Virus record (IMG/VR): IMGVR_UViG_3300036790_000345
Length of the DNA stretch: 64,000 bases
Direction: 5' to 3' (one strand)
Source of the DNA: an uncultured virus (IMG/VR IMGVR_UViG_3300036790_000345)
Taxonomy: Duplodnaviria; Heunggongvirae; Uroviricota; Caudoviricetes
Under the pieces are notes generated by a model. The model worked only from the letters and a program-made list of their open reading frames with translations. It searched no databases and had not been told where the DNA came from. The position numbers and the translations under genes are program-made. How positions within the stretch are numbered: position 1 is the stretch's first letter; every line of letters begins with the position of its first letter. Shown one piece after another: positions 40,491 through 51,243 of the stretch.

Positions 40491-42131
40491 GTGAGCGCGC
40501 TAGCCCTGGAAACCGGCGGCCGGTCACTGCCGCTGCGTCCGTACCAGACTCAGGCACTCGGCGCCATCGCCGAGGCTGAGACGCGGGGCGTACGACGGCA
40601 ACTGGTTGTTTTGCCCACAGGATCGGGCAAAACGGTGGTATTCAGCCACCTAGTCAGTGACCGGCCCGGACGCGCCCTGGTGCTGGCCCACCGTGACGAG
40701 TTGATCGGCCAGGCCGCAGAGAAGCTCACGCTGGTCAGCGGCTCGCTGGACATCGGCATCGTCAAGGCGCAGCGGAACGAGACCGGCGCCCGCGTGGTCG
40801 TCGCCTCGGTGCAGTCCCTTGTGCAGCCGGAGCGGCTGGCGCGGCTCGGAAAGGTCTCCACGGTCATCGTGGACGAAGCGCACCACGCCGTAGCAGATAC
40901 GTACATGACGATCCTTAAGGGACTTGGCTGTTTCGGCGATGACGGCCCGCTGACGGTCGGCTTCACCGCGACGGCCGGGCGCGGCGACAACGTGGGCCTC
41001 GGTGCCGCGTGGCAGGAGATCACCTACCAGCGCGGCATCATCCAGATGATCGGCGAGGGCTTCCTGTGCGACGTGCGGGCGATGGAGATCGGCTCGGACT
41101 TCGACCTGGATAACGTCCAGGTCCGCGCGGGCGATTACACCGACTCTTCCCTCGGTGCCGAGCTTGAGCGGTCAGGCGCCCTCGCGTCGGCCGTGCAGGC
41201 GTACAAGCAGTTCGCTACGGACCGGCAGGGTGTCGCGTTCACGCCGACCATCGCCACGGCGCACGAGTTGGCCAGGATGCTCACGGCGGCCGGGATCCGG
41301 GCCGAGGCCGTGGACGGCAAGATGCCGATCGACCAGCGCCGCGGCATCCTGCGGCGGCTCCACAACGGCGAGACTCAAGTTGTCCCGAATGCCCAAGTTC
41401 TGATCGAGGGCTGGGACGAACCGGCCGTTTCCTGTGCATTGATGCTGAGGCCGACCAAATCGGCGCCAGCCTTCGTTCAGATGAGCGGCAGGGTGCTGCG
41501 TCCGTTCATAGGCACCATCGGCGGCAAGCCGTACGTCAAGGAAGACGCGCTGATCCTGGATGTCGTCAGCTCGTCCCGGTTCGGACTGTGCACGATCGCT
41601 GACCTCGCGGGCCTGCCGCCGGGCTCGGTGAAGCCCGGCAAGTCCCTGCTGGAGGCCGACGAGGAGCGCGTGGCACTGGAGGAGCACCGCACCGTCGTGG
41701 CCGCCGTCCGGGCCAAGAGCGTCGAGCTGTTCCGCCGCAGCGACCTGCGCTGGCTTGAGGCCGAGGGCGGCTGGGTGCTCCCGGCGGGTTCCGACCAGAC
41801 AATGATCCTGGTTCCCGCTGGCGAGGATCTGTGGGATGTCTGGCGCGCAACCAAGGGCTGCGCCCCGGTCCGCGAGTCCGGCAAGCCGCTGACACTCGAC
41901 TGGGCACGCGGAGTCGGCGAGGAAGTGGCCCGCGCCCAGGGCGGCGTACTCGCTCAGGCAAGCGCGGGCTGGCGTTCCCGGCCGCCGAGCGAGGCGCAGA
42001 CCGGCGCGCTGACGCGGATGGGCTACGGCGACAAGCTCAAGGGCATCACGCGGGGCGGGGCAGCCGACCTGATGACCGCGCACTACGCCGGGCGCAGCAT
42101 CCGCAGGCTGCGGAAGGCGGGTGCCGCGTGA
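40491..42131 (+). CDS. DEAD/DEAH-box (ResIII-like) helicase
   Basis: LRPYQ, LPTGSGKT, DEAHH, GFTATAGR, EGWDEP, QMSGRVLR. Confidence 0.9.
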   Translation: MSALALETGGRSLPLRPYQTQALGAIAEAETRGVRRQLVVLPTGSGKTVVFSHLVSDRPGRALVLAHRDELIGQAAEKLTLVSGSLDIGIVKAQRNETGARVVVASVQSLVQPERLARLGKVSTVIVDEAHHAVADTYMTILKGLGCFGDDGPLTVGFTATAGRGDNVGLGAAWQEITYQRGIIQMIGEGFLCDVRAMEIGSDFDLDNVQVRAGDYTDSSLGAELERSGALASAVQAYKQFATDRQGVAFTPTIATAHELARMLTAAGIRAEAVDGKMPIDQRRGILRRLHNGETQVVPNAQVLIEGWDEPAVSCALMLRPTKSAPAFVQMSGRVLRPFIGTIGGKPYVKEDALILDVVSSSRFGLCTIADLAGLPPGSVKPGKSLLEADEERVALEEHRTVVAAVRAKSVELFRRSDLRWLEAEGGWVLPAGSDQTMILVPAGEDLWDVWRATKGCAPVRESGKPLTLDWARGVGEEVARAQGGVLAQASAGWRSRPPSEAQTGALTRMGYGDKLKGITRGGAADLMTAHYAGRSIRRLRKAGAA

Positions 42132-42626
42132 GCACCGGGCCCGTGCGCCTGGACGACGCCATCGCCGCGGTGGCCGCAGCCTTGCCGGTCACGCCCGAGC
42201 GAGCCGCCGCGAACGCCCGGGTCCTGGACGAGGAAGTGGCCGCATACCTGGCAGCCCGCGAGGACGACGGCGGGGAGACAGCGGCATGAGCGCCCCGGTC
42301 TCCCCGCCGCGCCCGGGCTACGGCCGGTGCTGCGGGCGTCCTGCCAGCCGTCCCCGCGGCCTCGCCAGCGCTTGCTACGCGAAGTGCTGGCGACCGGAAT
42401 CCAGCGTCTCCCCGGCCAGCTTCACCGCCCAGGTCGAGGAGCGCCGCGAGCTGCTGTCGTTCGGCCTTACCCGGGCTCAGGCAGCGGAGCGGCAGGGCAT
42501 CTCGGCGAGAACAGCGGAGCGGTATGACGCGGCGATCGCAGCGATCAGGGCAGCAGAGGACGCCGGGGCGGAAGAGGCCGCAGCGTGAACCCGAAAGCAA
42601 GATCAGCGAGGAGAGGAAGGACGATC

Positions 42627-43355
42627 ATGACGACATCAGTTTCCGTCCCGGCGGCAAAGCTGCGGGAAATGCTGGAAGCGGTCATCCCGCACGCCAGCCC
42701 TGATGACACGCTCCCGTCGCTCGTGGCCGTGCGCTTCGAGGTGGCTGGCGGGACGCTGTACGTGGCCGCGACGGACCGGTACACGCTGGCCGTAGCCCGG
42801 TACCCGGTCCCGGGCGCACAGGAAGCGCCCGTCCCGGACGCGGGCGTGACGCTGCCGCTGAAGGCGGCGAAGTCGCTGCGGCGGATGCTGAAGAACGGCC
42901 AGGGCGTTGCCGCGCTCCTGCTCGCTGACGAGACGTTCTCGGCCGATGCCGGATCCCAGTCCGGCAAGTGGGCGGTTACCACCAGCCTGGAGTTCCCGGA
43001 CTGGCGGGCGACGCTGCGCAAGATGCTCACCGCGCCGCCGGCCGAACTCGGCGACGGCCACGGCATGGGCGCGGAGATCCTGGGCCGGTTCACGGCCGGG
43101 GCGGACCCCTTCACCCGGAATCCGCTGCGCATCCGCGTGACTTTCGGCGGGACCTCCCAGAAGTTCAACCGCGAGCCGGAGCCGGCTCCCGTCATGGTCA
43201 TCACGCGCGGCGACTGGTTCATCGGCGCCGCCATGCCCGTGCGGATCGGTGAATACGACGGGCATGGCGCGTGGGACGACTGGGCCGCCGTCGTGGCTCC
43301 CGCCGAGACTGCCGGGCCGCAAGCCGCCATGGCAGCGACGGAGGCCGGGTCGTGA
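42627..43355 (+). CDS. DNA polymerase III beta-clamp-like protein
   Basis: AVIPHASPDDTLPSL..VAATDRYTLA..FPDWR..AAMPVR. Confidence 0.7.
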   Translation: MTTSVSVPAAKLREMLEAVIPHASPDDTLPSLVAVRFEVAGGTLYVAATDRYTLAVARYPVPGAQEAPVPDAGVTLPLKAAKSLRRMLKNGQGVAALLLADETFSADAGSQSGKWAVTTSLEFPDWRATLRKMLTAPPAELGDGHGMGAEILGRFTAGADPFTRNPLRIRVTFGGTSQKFNREPEPAPVMVITRGDWFIGAAMPVRIGEYDGHGAWDDWAAVVAPAETAGPQAAMAATEAGS

Positions 43356-43707
43356 GCGACTACACCGCAGTGCAGAAGGCGCTGGCGGACGGGGCGGAGC
43401 CGGGCATGCTGTGCGCCACGTGCCCGTGGGACCGCAACTACGTGTCCCCGCCGACGATGACCAGTGCCGAGATCGAGGCACAGATCGAGAAGGCAGCCAG
43501 CGAGGACGACCGGCGCGCTGCCGAAGCGAAACTCACGGGCCAGGAAGTCCCGCTGCCGGTGGGCTCGCTGATGATGGCGATTGCGGTCGGCGGCAAGGAC
43601 ACCTCGGGCCAGCTCTGCCCGGTGTTCGCGCTGCGGCTCCGTTCGGGCGGCGGCCGGAAGATCGCGGACCTGGTGCAGTCGGCGATGCAGTCCTGGGATG
43701 ACGAGTC

Positions 43708-44145
43708 ATGAGCGGCACCGAGGCGGAGGGCTTCGCCCCGGACCCCGGGGCAGAACTGGGACTGTTCCCGGAGCCTGACCGCGAGCCCCGCGTGAGCGAA
43801 GTGCTGGAGGCCCTGGGTGCGAGGATGCGCGAAGCACGGGCGCAAGCCGGGCTGACCCAGGAAGACCTCGCCGGGCGGCTTGGCTTCACGCAGACCGCAG
43901 TCTCCTACTGGGAGGCAGGCAAGCGGGACCCGGGCGTGGCGGATCTCCTGCGGGTCGCCGAGGCGCTGGCGGTGCCGCCCGCGTCGCTTCTGCCGGGCAG
44001 TGACCCGCTGCCCGCTGACGGTGTCGTGATCGGCTGGCGCGATGCGTGGCTTGCCGTGGGAGCCCTGCAGGCCCTGGCGCGCGACTCCGAGCCGCTTGCC
44101 CAGCTAGCGGACCGGCTTGCCGACGCCGCGGGGGCGACCCCGTGA
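43708..44145 (+). CDS. XRE-family HTH protein
   Basis: MREARAQAGLTQEDLAGRLGFTQTAVSYWEAGKRDP. Confidence 0.85.
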   Translation: MSGTEAEGFAPDPGAELGLFPEPDREPRVSEVLEALGARMREARAQAGLTQEDLAGRLGFTQTAVSYWEAGKRDPGVADLLRVAEALAVPPASLLPGSDPLPADGVVIGWRDAWLAVGALQALARDSEPLAQLADRLADAAGATP

Positions 44146-44922
44146 CCGGCGCCTGGCGCGTAGGGCGCCATGTCGGCCGCACGGTCTACCGGCAGCTGGG
44201 CTCGTTCGCATCCGGCGACGACGAGCTGATCGGGGTCATGGACACGCCGGAACTGGCGGCCGAGGCGGTAGCGGCACGGAACGCGGCAGCGGCGGCGGCG
44301 GTCCCGGCCGTGGCCCCGCAAGGACTGCGCGAGCGGATCGGCTACGCCCTGAGCGAGAGCATTGACGACTGCGCCCGGTGCAAGGTCTGCGACAAGCAGG
44401 TAGACGCCGTGATGGCGGTGCTCGCCGAGGGGACGACCCCGTGACCGCCAGCTGGACCGTTACCCGCGAGCAGCTGGTTGACGCGCTCGCCGCGATCGAG
44501 CTGCACCCGATCCTGCTGCCCGGCCGGGACAAGGGCGCCATCGTCGCCGAGGACATGGCTGACGCGATCCTGGCCGAACTCCCGGTCGTAACCTCCGCCA
44601 TCGGGGTCTCCCCGCTGACCGGGGAGCCGCTGACGGTCTCACCGGAAGCGGAGCGGGCGATGGCAGAGCACGGGCTGGTGACGGTTTCCCGCGCCGACCT
44701 CGCGGCAGGCATCGCCCTCGCCGAGCATGACCTGACCATCATCGGCGTCCGCACGGTAGCCGAGCGGGACAGCCTCGCGGGAATAGTCGCCCGGCTTGCC
44801 GCTGCCGCAGGGATGCCTCCAGCCGGGGCCACGATCGCGCCTGAGCGCTTCGCGGACGCTGGCGCGGGTGACCGGACGCCTGAAGCGCTCTCCGTGGACT
44901 ACAGCCCCGCGGACGGTGCGCC

Positions 44923-45447
44923 GTGACCGGCCCGCAGAAAGAGCGCGCAGTCCCGGTCCTGTACCTGGACATCGACGGAACGGTCCGGCAGGGCAAGGAT
45001 GATCCGCTCGGCCGGTTCGTCAACGGTCCCGATGATGTCGTGGTGTTCCCCGGGGCCGTGGAGCGGATGCGGATGTGGAAGCAGGGTGGCGGCCGGATCG
45101 CCGGCGTCAGCAACCAGGGCGGCATCGCGCTCGGGATCATCAGCGAGGAAAAGGTCGCTGCCGCGATGATGGAAACGCAGCGCCAGTGTCACGGCCTGTT
45201 CGATCTCATCTCCTTCTGCCATCACCACCCGAACGCGCAGCACCCGGAGATGGCCCGGTGCTGGTGCCGCAAGCCATCGGCCGGAGCGGTCGTAGAGGCT
45301 GCGCACGGCCTGACAGCCCGCTTCCCCGGCGAGATCTACCCGCCGTACATGGGCCTGTTCGTCGGCGACCGTCCGGAGGACGAGCAGTGCGCAAAGTCGG
45401 CCGGGCTGGACTTCCAGTGGGCGAAGGACTGGAGGGCTGGCCCGTGA
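44923..45447 (+). CDS. HAD-IIIA family phosphatase (GmhB-like)
   Basis: LDIDGT, VSNQGG, C.CRKP, VGDRPED. Confidence 0.85.
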   Translation: MTGPQKERAVPVLYLDIDGTVRQGKDDPLGRFVNGPDDVVVFPGAVERMRMWKQGGGRIAGVSNQGGIALGIISEEKVAAAMMETQRQCHGLFDLISFCHHHPNAQHPEMARCWCRKPSAGAVVEAAHGLTARFPGEIYPPYMGLFVGDRPEDEQCAKSAGLDFQWAKDWRAGP

Positions 45448-47996
45448 GCTACCGGCCCTGGTGGAACCTGGAACCCTGCGGCTGCGCCTCGGCTTACGCG
45501 CGCCACGTCCGCCTCGGCCAGCTCAAAGACGACGCCTGCAAGGACGCTCACGCGGCAGCCGAAGCATGGCGCCAGAAGCGCAAGCGCGGCGAGGCCGTCA
45601 CCGCGGCCGAGGCCCGTGCCGCCCGCCTGCGCCGGGTGCACGCCGAGTGCACCGCGCTGCGCAAGGCAGGCGTTGCCCTCGCTGACATGCCCCTGCCGGT
45701 TCAGGAAGGCGAGCGGGCCTACCAGCGGGAGTCGAAGCGGCGCCGGCGGCAGGAACGGGTGCAGCGGGCCGGGATCGTGTACCGGCTGCACAGCGAGGCC
45801 AGGCGGCGCGGATACGAGGCGGCTGCCTGATGCCCCGCCGCAACCGCTCCCGCAACACCCGCGACCTCCCCGCAGCAGGCGGCGTCACCAAACCCTGCCC
45901 GGCCGGATGCGGCCGCCGGGTCCAGACCTCCAAGGCCGCCTGCTCCGACGACTGGGCCCGGCTCCCGGTGCGGCTGAAGCAGGCATGGAACCAGGCCCGC
46001 GCCGATGAGGACACCGCCGGGCAGGAACGCGTGCTGGCCGCGATCGCCGGCTGGGCGCGGAGAAACCGCGACGACGAGAGCGAGGTGGCCTGACGTGTTC
46101 GTCACGATGGAAGCGCGTACGACCTGCCCGCTTTGCGCTTACCGGATCCGGGTCATCATGTGCGGCTCGGCGCGGGTCAACAAGCGCAGCATGCGCGTGG
46201 AGCCGACCCTCGGCGCGCTCGCATTCAATACGTGCCCCGAGTGCGGGGCCGATGTCCGGTCCGCTTCGTCGGTGCCCCGGTCGGCCTACCGGCTGAGCGC
46301 GGAGTCTGAGGCGGAGGTCATCGCCTATCGCAAGAAGCGGTGGGGGATCGAGGGCGCGGGCACCGGCCCGCTGGCCGAAGCACCAGGGAGGGCTGCATGA
46401 ACGAGACCCGGCCGCCGATCCCGGCCAGCCTCGCGCACCGGCCCGTGCGCGGAGGCCTTGCATTGCCGTGGGTCAACGCGGAACTCGCGGACGGCGGGGT
46501 GGATTTCCGCTCCCCGCATCACGCCCGGTACGAGCAGTGCTGGACCGGGGGCCTGTGCCAGTCCTGCGGCAACGCCACGGGCGATCCGGCAGTCCTCGTC
46601 TGCGGGCCGCGCCAGATCCTGAACCGCCGGTTCGACGAGCCGCCGGTGTGTCCGCCGTGCGCGCTGTACGCCGGGAAGGCGTGCCCGATGGTGTCCGGCC
46701 GGACGGCCGTCTACCCGACGCGGCAGAAGCTCACCGAGGGCCACCGGGGCGGCAAGTGCGCCGAAGGCTGCGGGTGCGGCGGCTGGCAGGTGACCGACCC
46801 GGAGCACTCCGCAGACCAGGGCGGCCAGCCCGCGCTTCCCTGGTACGCCTGCTGGATCCACCCGGCCGGCTACACCGTCACCGCTCACTGGGCGAAAAGC
46901 CGCTGCACTGACCTCGGCTGCGAGCACGACCGGCTCATCGTGAACGGCGCCATCCTGAACGTCCCGCCGCTGAAGATCTTCCTGGTGTCCGAGCCGGGAG
47001 CCGGGCGCATCTGGCGCAAGCTCGCGCCGGACGAAGCAGCAGAGCACGCCACGCAGGCACTCGGAGGAACGCCGTGAGCGACATCCCCCGCGAGATCCTC
47101 ACCGCCGCAGCAGTCGCCATCCACGACACCGGCTGCCCGGACAGGACGTGCAGCGACGCCCCGCTCGGCCACTGCTACAAGCTCGCACGCGCAGCCCTGG
47201 AAGCCGCCGCCCCGCTCATAGCGGCAGCAGAACGGGAGCGGCAGATCACGCTGAACCAGGGTGCCGTGTGGCGCCAGGCCGCTGCGGCTGTACGTGCCGA
47301 GCGCGAGCGCCTGTTCGCTGCCGTCCGCCGCAAGCTCCCGCTGTCAGCACCCTGGCGCGGTGAGGCACTCGATCTCATCTACGAGGTGTGGAGGGAAACC
47401 GATGGCTGAGCCTGAGCGCGAACCCGGCCGCCTGGTTCGGGAGACCTGGGTCACCTGGGCGAAGCGCCAGCCGGACCCGAAGCCTTCCTGGCTCGTCCCC
47501 TGGGAAGACCTCAGCGAGGATCAGCGGAAGGTAGACGCCGAGATCGAGGCCGCGGTACGCGCCGACGAACTGGAGCGCTTCCGCCGCTTCTCCAGGGCCT
47601 TCGCCGATGGTGGCGACGAGACCACGATGGCCGCCCTCTATGACGAGGCGATGGCCACCGGGGCACGAGCCGAGAGGGACCGCTGCGTCGCCGAGATCTT
47701 CGCCTATGCCGACGAGCACCTGGCGCCTCTCATCGGCGTGGTCTACCGGGACGCGGCGCGGCTTCTGCTGAGGGAGGCACCGTGACCCGGGTCCAGTTCC
47801 GCGCCAGCCTCCAGCGCCGGCTCAAGGCCGCGATGGAGCGCGACGGCCGGGTCACCGCAGCAGACCTGGACCTCATCACCGGGGACGCGGACGACTACGC
47901 CGCCCGTGTCGCCGAGGAAACCGCCCGCGAGAAGCCCTGGCCCTGGCCGCCCCGCCAGCCTGAGCGCCGCGGCGGAGGCTGCCGGCAGGAGGCGGG

Positions 47997-48557
47997 ATGA
48001 GCGTTGACTTGCTGCCCGGGATGCCGCGGCCGAAGGCGCCCGCCCTGCGCCAGATGACCGAGCGGGAGATGCTGGACTTGCTGCACGAGCGGTTCGGCGC
48101 CGTGGACGGCAACGGCGGCATCCCGAAGCCGCGGTACGTCAAGGCCGAGCACGTCCGGGCACGGGCCGGGCTTTTCCAGCGCAACGACCCGACGGCCAGG
48201 ACGGCCGACTTCGCCGCAGTAGACACCTACCCCAGCAGCAAGTGCGCCATCCACGGCGTGGAGGTCAAGGTCAGCCGTTCCGACTGGCTGCGGGAACTGA
48301 AAGACCCCGGCAAGTCAGCGGCGTGCATGGCGTGGTGCTCGCACTGGTGGCTGGCGGTGCCGGACAAGGCGATCGTGGCGGACGGTGAACTGCCGCCCGG
48401 CTGGGGACTGCTCGCGGCCACGGAACGGGACGGCGTCCTTTGCCTGCGCGCTGCCGTGAAAGCGCCGAGGCGGGCAGTCCCGCCGATCCCGCCCGAGTCG
48501 CTGGCCTCGCTGCTCTACGCCGTGGCCAAGACTGCGGCGGCGAGGGGGACGACTTGA
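47997..48557 (+). CDS. PD-(D/E)XK nuclease-like (MmcB-like) protein
   Basis: RTADF..HGVEVKVSRSDWLREL..P.K..WWL..LPPGWGL. Confidence 0.7.
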   Translation: MSVDLLPGMPRPKAPALRQMTEREMLDLLHERFGAVDGNGGIPKPRYVKAEHVRARAGLFQRNDPTARTADFAAVDTYPSSKCAIHGVEVKVSRSDWLRELKDPGKSAACMAWCSHWWLAVPDKAIVADGELPPGWGLLAATERDGVLCLRAAVKAPRRAVPPIPPESLASLLYAVAKTAAARGTT

Positions 48558-48704
48558 AGCGCATCCGCCGTCTCGCATTCCTTCTCGCTTACGAGGACAT
48601 CAACGACTACGCGCGCCTGTGCCCGCGTTGCCACCGCCGCCTCGACGCACGCCGCCGGGCCGACCTCGGGCGCAACACGATGCCCGCACGGGGAGGTGGT
48701 TGAG

Positions 48705-50172
48705 ATGTCTGAGCTACGTATTGGGTCACTGTGCTCAGGCTATTTACGAGGGTCTCGGAATGGCCGTTCAGACCGTGTTCGGCGGCGAGGTTGCCTGGGT
48801 GGCGGACATCGACCCGGGCGCGTGCAAGATCCTCGCCCACCGCTTCCCTGGCGTGCCCAATTTGGGCGACATCAGCAAGACGAACTGGGCTGTCATCGCC
48901 GCGGTCGATGTCATGTGCATGGGCTTCCCGTGCACCGACGTGTCCTGCGCCGGGGCCAGGGAGGGCCTGCGGGAGGGGAACCGCTCAGGGGTGTGGAACC
49001 ACTGCGCCACCGCGATCGGGGCGCTGAGGCCGCCGCTGGTGGTCATCGAGAATGTAAGGGGGATGCACAGTGCCGGAGCCGACAGCAACGTGGAATGGTG
49101 CCCGTGGTGTCTGGGAGAGGCCGGAGACGAACATGCTCTGCGAGCATCAGGTGCCGTTCTCGGAGACCTGGCCGACCTCGGGTATGACGCGCGGTGGGTC
49201 ACTGTATCCGCTTCCGACGCCGGAGCCCCGCACAAGCGCGAGCGGGTCTTCATCGTCGCCTGGCCTGCTGCCGACACCGACTGCCGGGCACCAGAACGAC
49301 TCCGAGTCGCTGGAGTCCTGGGAGGCGCGCAGGCAGGAGAACCTGGCCAAGGGCATCAACGGCAACGGCCAGGGCACGCCGCTGGGGGTGGCGGTGCGGA
49401 TGCTGCCGACACCCCGGGCGAGCGACGGGCTGGCGGAGACAAGTCACGCGCGCACCTGGAGCACGACGGACCGGAGCCTGCATACACTGGTGCACACGGG
49501 CGAGCTCCGGGATGCCCTGCTGCAGACCCCTACCGCGCAGCTGGCGGTGAACGGCGGCTCCCAGCACCCCGACAAGCGCAGAGCGGGCGGTCACGGGCCG
49601 ACGCTGGCGGACCAAGTGGAGCACCTGCTGCCCAAGCCGCGGGCAACGGACGGGACGAAGTGGGGGCCGGGCCAGACCTCGACGGGCGCCCCGTCCCTGC
49701 CGAGTGCAGTGCTCCTGCCGACACCCGCGGCGAGGGACGGCAAGGGTCGCGACATGCCGGGGGGGAAGGGCGGCAGGTCACTGCCGGACACGCTCCTGCC
49801 GACGCCGACCGTGGCGGACTCCCGGAACTCGAGGAACGCGACAGCGGGCCGCTCACCGGAGTCAACGGGGCATCCGGGGTCGACCCTCTGCGACGTGTTC
49901 TGGACTGGGGAGCCTACGGGCCGGCAATCGCCAGATGGGAAGCCGTCACCGGGCGGCCGGCACCCCGGCCAACTGAGCCTGGACGAACTGGAGAACGACT
50001 CTCCCCCCGATTCGTCGAGTGGCTCATGGGACTTCCCGCGGGCTGGGTAACCGACGTTCCCGGGCTCACCCGCAACCAGCAACTGCACGCCCTCGGCAAC
50101 GGTTGCGTGCCACAGCAGGTCGCGCTCGCGCTGCGACTGCTCCTCGGTGCGGTTTCGGATGTGGCCGCATGA
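48705..50172 (+). pseudogene. C5 cytosine DNA methyltransferase with a frameshift in motif I
   Basis: MSELRIGSLCSGY (ATG 48705, GGAGG RBS) continues as YEGLGMAV..GDI..GFPC..ENV..RER..FVEWLMG..LGNG only in another frame; extra TATT at 48741-48744. Confidence 0.8.
49070..50050 (+). CDS. Nested alternative-frame protein with six LLPTP-type repeats, possible second methyltransferase polypeptide
   Basis: 326-aa ORF fully inside the methyltransferase; SETWPTSGMTRGG followed by LLPTPxA repeats. Confidence 0.55.
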   Translation: MPEPTATWNGARGVWERPETNMLCEHQVPFSETWPTSGMTRGGSLYPLPTPEPRTSASGSSSSPGLLPTPTAGHQNDSESLESWEARRQENLAKGINGNGQGTPLGVAVRMLPTPRASDGLAETSHARTWSTTDRSLHTLVHTGELRDALLQTPTAQLAVNGGSQHPDKRRAGGHGPTLADQVEHLLPKPRATDGTKWGPGQTSTGAPSLPSAVLLPTPAARDGKGRDMPGGKGGRSLPDTLLPTPTVADSRNSRNATAGRSPESTGHPGSTLCDVFWTGEPTGRQSPDGKPSPGGRHPGQLSLDELENDSPPDSSSGSWDFPRAG

Positions 50173-50412
50173 CCGGTGCTGCAGGAGGTCGCGTCGTCTC
50201 TTGCCGCGTACGTGATGCAACCGGGGCTGCGCCGTGAGCCGCCGCCGAGTCGTCGTCGCTGCTGCTCTTGCACTTCTTGCTGCTGCCGGTTACCGGCTAG
50301 GTCCGCGACTGGTCCACAGGAAGGGACCGGAGCACGGGCCGGGTAGCTGGTGCCACGGGTGCGGGGAGGGACAGTGAGCAGTCCAGCCATTGGACTTTTG
50401 CCTGTCCAGCCA

Positions 50413-50925
50413 TCAGGCACCGCCCCGGCGCGCTGGGGGAATGCCAGCCGCGCGAGCCAACTTGCGGATGTGTGCGTCCGTAAAGGGCGACAAGTTAACC
50501 ACCGCTGTGGGCCCTCGTCCGGCCCGCAGTGCGGCAAGGACGCAAGAGACGTGCTCTTCTTGGGCAATCTGGTGGGCCTTCTCTGCGGCTCGCAGCGCCT
50601 CCGCCGATCGCCAGACCTCAACATCGCGCGGGTCTTCCGGGATCATGAAGCCGGTCACGGCATCCTTGGCGCTACCGGGCCTCCCGTGCTGCCCGTTGTG
50701 AACAATGTTGTAGAGCGGTTGCTCCGCCTTGATCGCGGCTGTCTCCGTGGCGAGCGCCTCGTCTCGCGTGTCAAACCAGGTGATGGTCTGGTGGTCAACG
50801 TCACGCCACCAGGGCTGAACCTTGGCGTGCTGGTGCCAGCGGGCGCCGAACTGGTCGGAGACGCCGATATAGAGCAGGTCGTCCTCGGTATCAAAGAGTC
50901 GGTAGACGGCTGTGCGCTCACTCAT
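50413..50925 (-). CDS. GIY-YIG domain protein
   Basis: TAVYRLFD..LLYIGVS..RW.QH..E..AIKAEQPLYN. Confidence 0.8.
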   Translation of the reverse strand: MSERTAVYRLFDTEDDLLYIGVSDQFGARWHQHAKVQPWWRDVDHQTITWFDTRDEALATETAAIKAEQPLYNIVHNGQHGRPGSAKDAVTGFMIPEDPRDVEVWRSAEALRAAEKAHQIAQEEHVSCVLAALRAGRGPTAVVNLSPFTDAHIRKLARAAGIPPARRGGA

Positions 50926-51128
50926 GGCGTGCGGCTCCCTGTCTTGCCGTCGCGGATCTTGGCGATGTATTCGCGGGTCCACCGGGTGTGCCGGGCGATC
51001 CGCGACGGCCGCCGTCCTACTGCTAGCGCCTCACGGATGGTGTCCAGGAGTGCCGTGTGCGCCCTGTCGTACTGCCTGCGGGCGCGGGCCAGCCTCCGAT
51101 CCAACTCATCGGGTTCATCGGGTTCCAT
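50922..51128 (-). CDS. Small HTH-like protein
   Basis: IREALAVGRRPSRIARHTRWTREYIAKI. Confidence 0.6.
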   Translation of the reverse strand: MEPDEPDELDRRLARARRQYDRAHTALLDTIREALAVGRRPSRIARHTRWTREYIAKIRDGKTGSRTP

Positions 51129-51165
51129 GGTGCCCATGATGACACAACTTTGACCATGAACCAAG

Positions 51166-51194
51166 TTGACAGTCCTCGCCTCCGGGGGTAGCGT
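51166..51194 (+). promoter_or_regulatory. Putative sigma70-type promoter for the rightward small-gene cluster
   Basis: TTGACA-N17-TAGCGT. Confidence 0.6.
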
Positions 51195-51243
51195 CGGGAA
51201 GTGAGAACAAAGTTGTGCGGTAGCGTCCAGTTAAAGCGCACTG

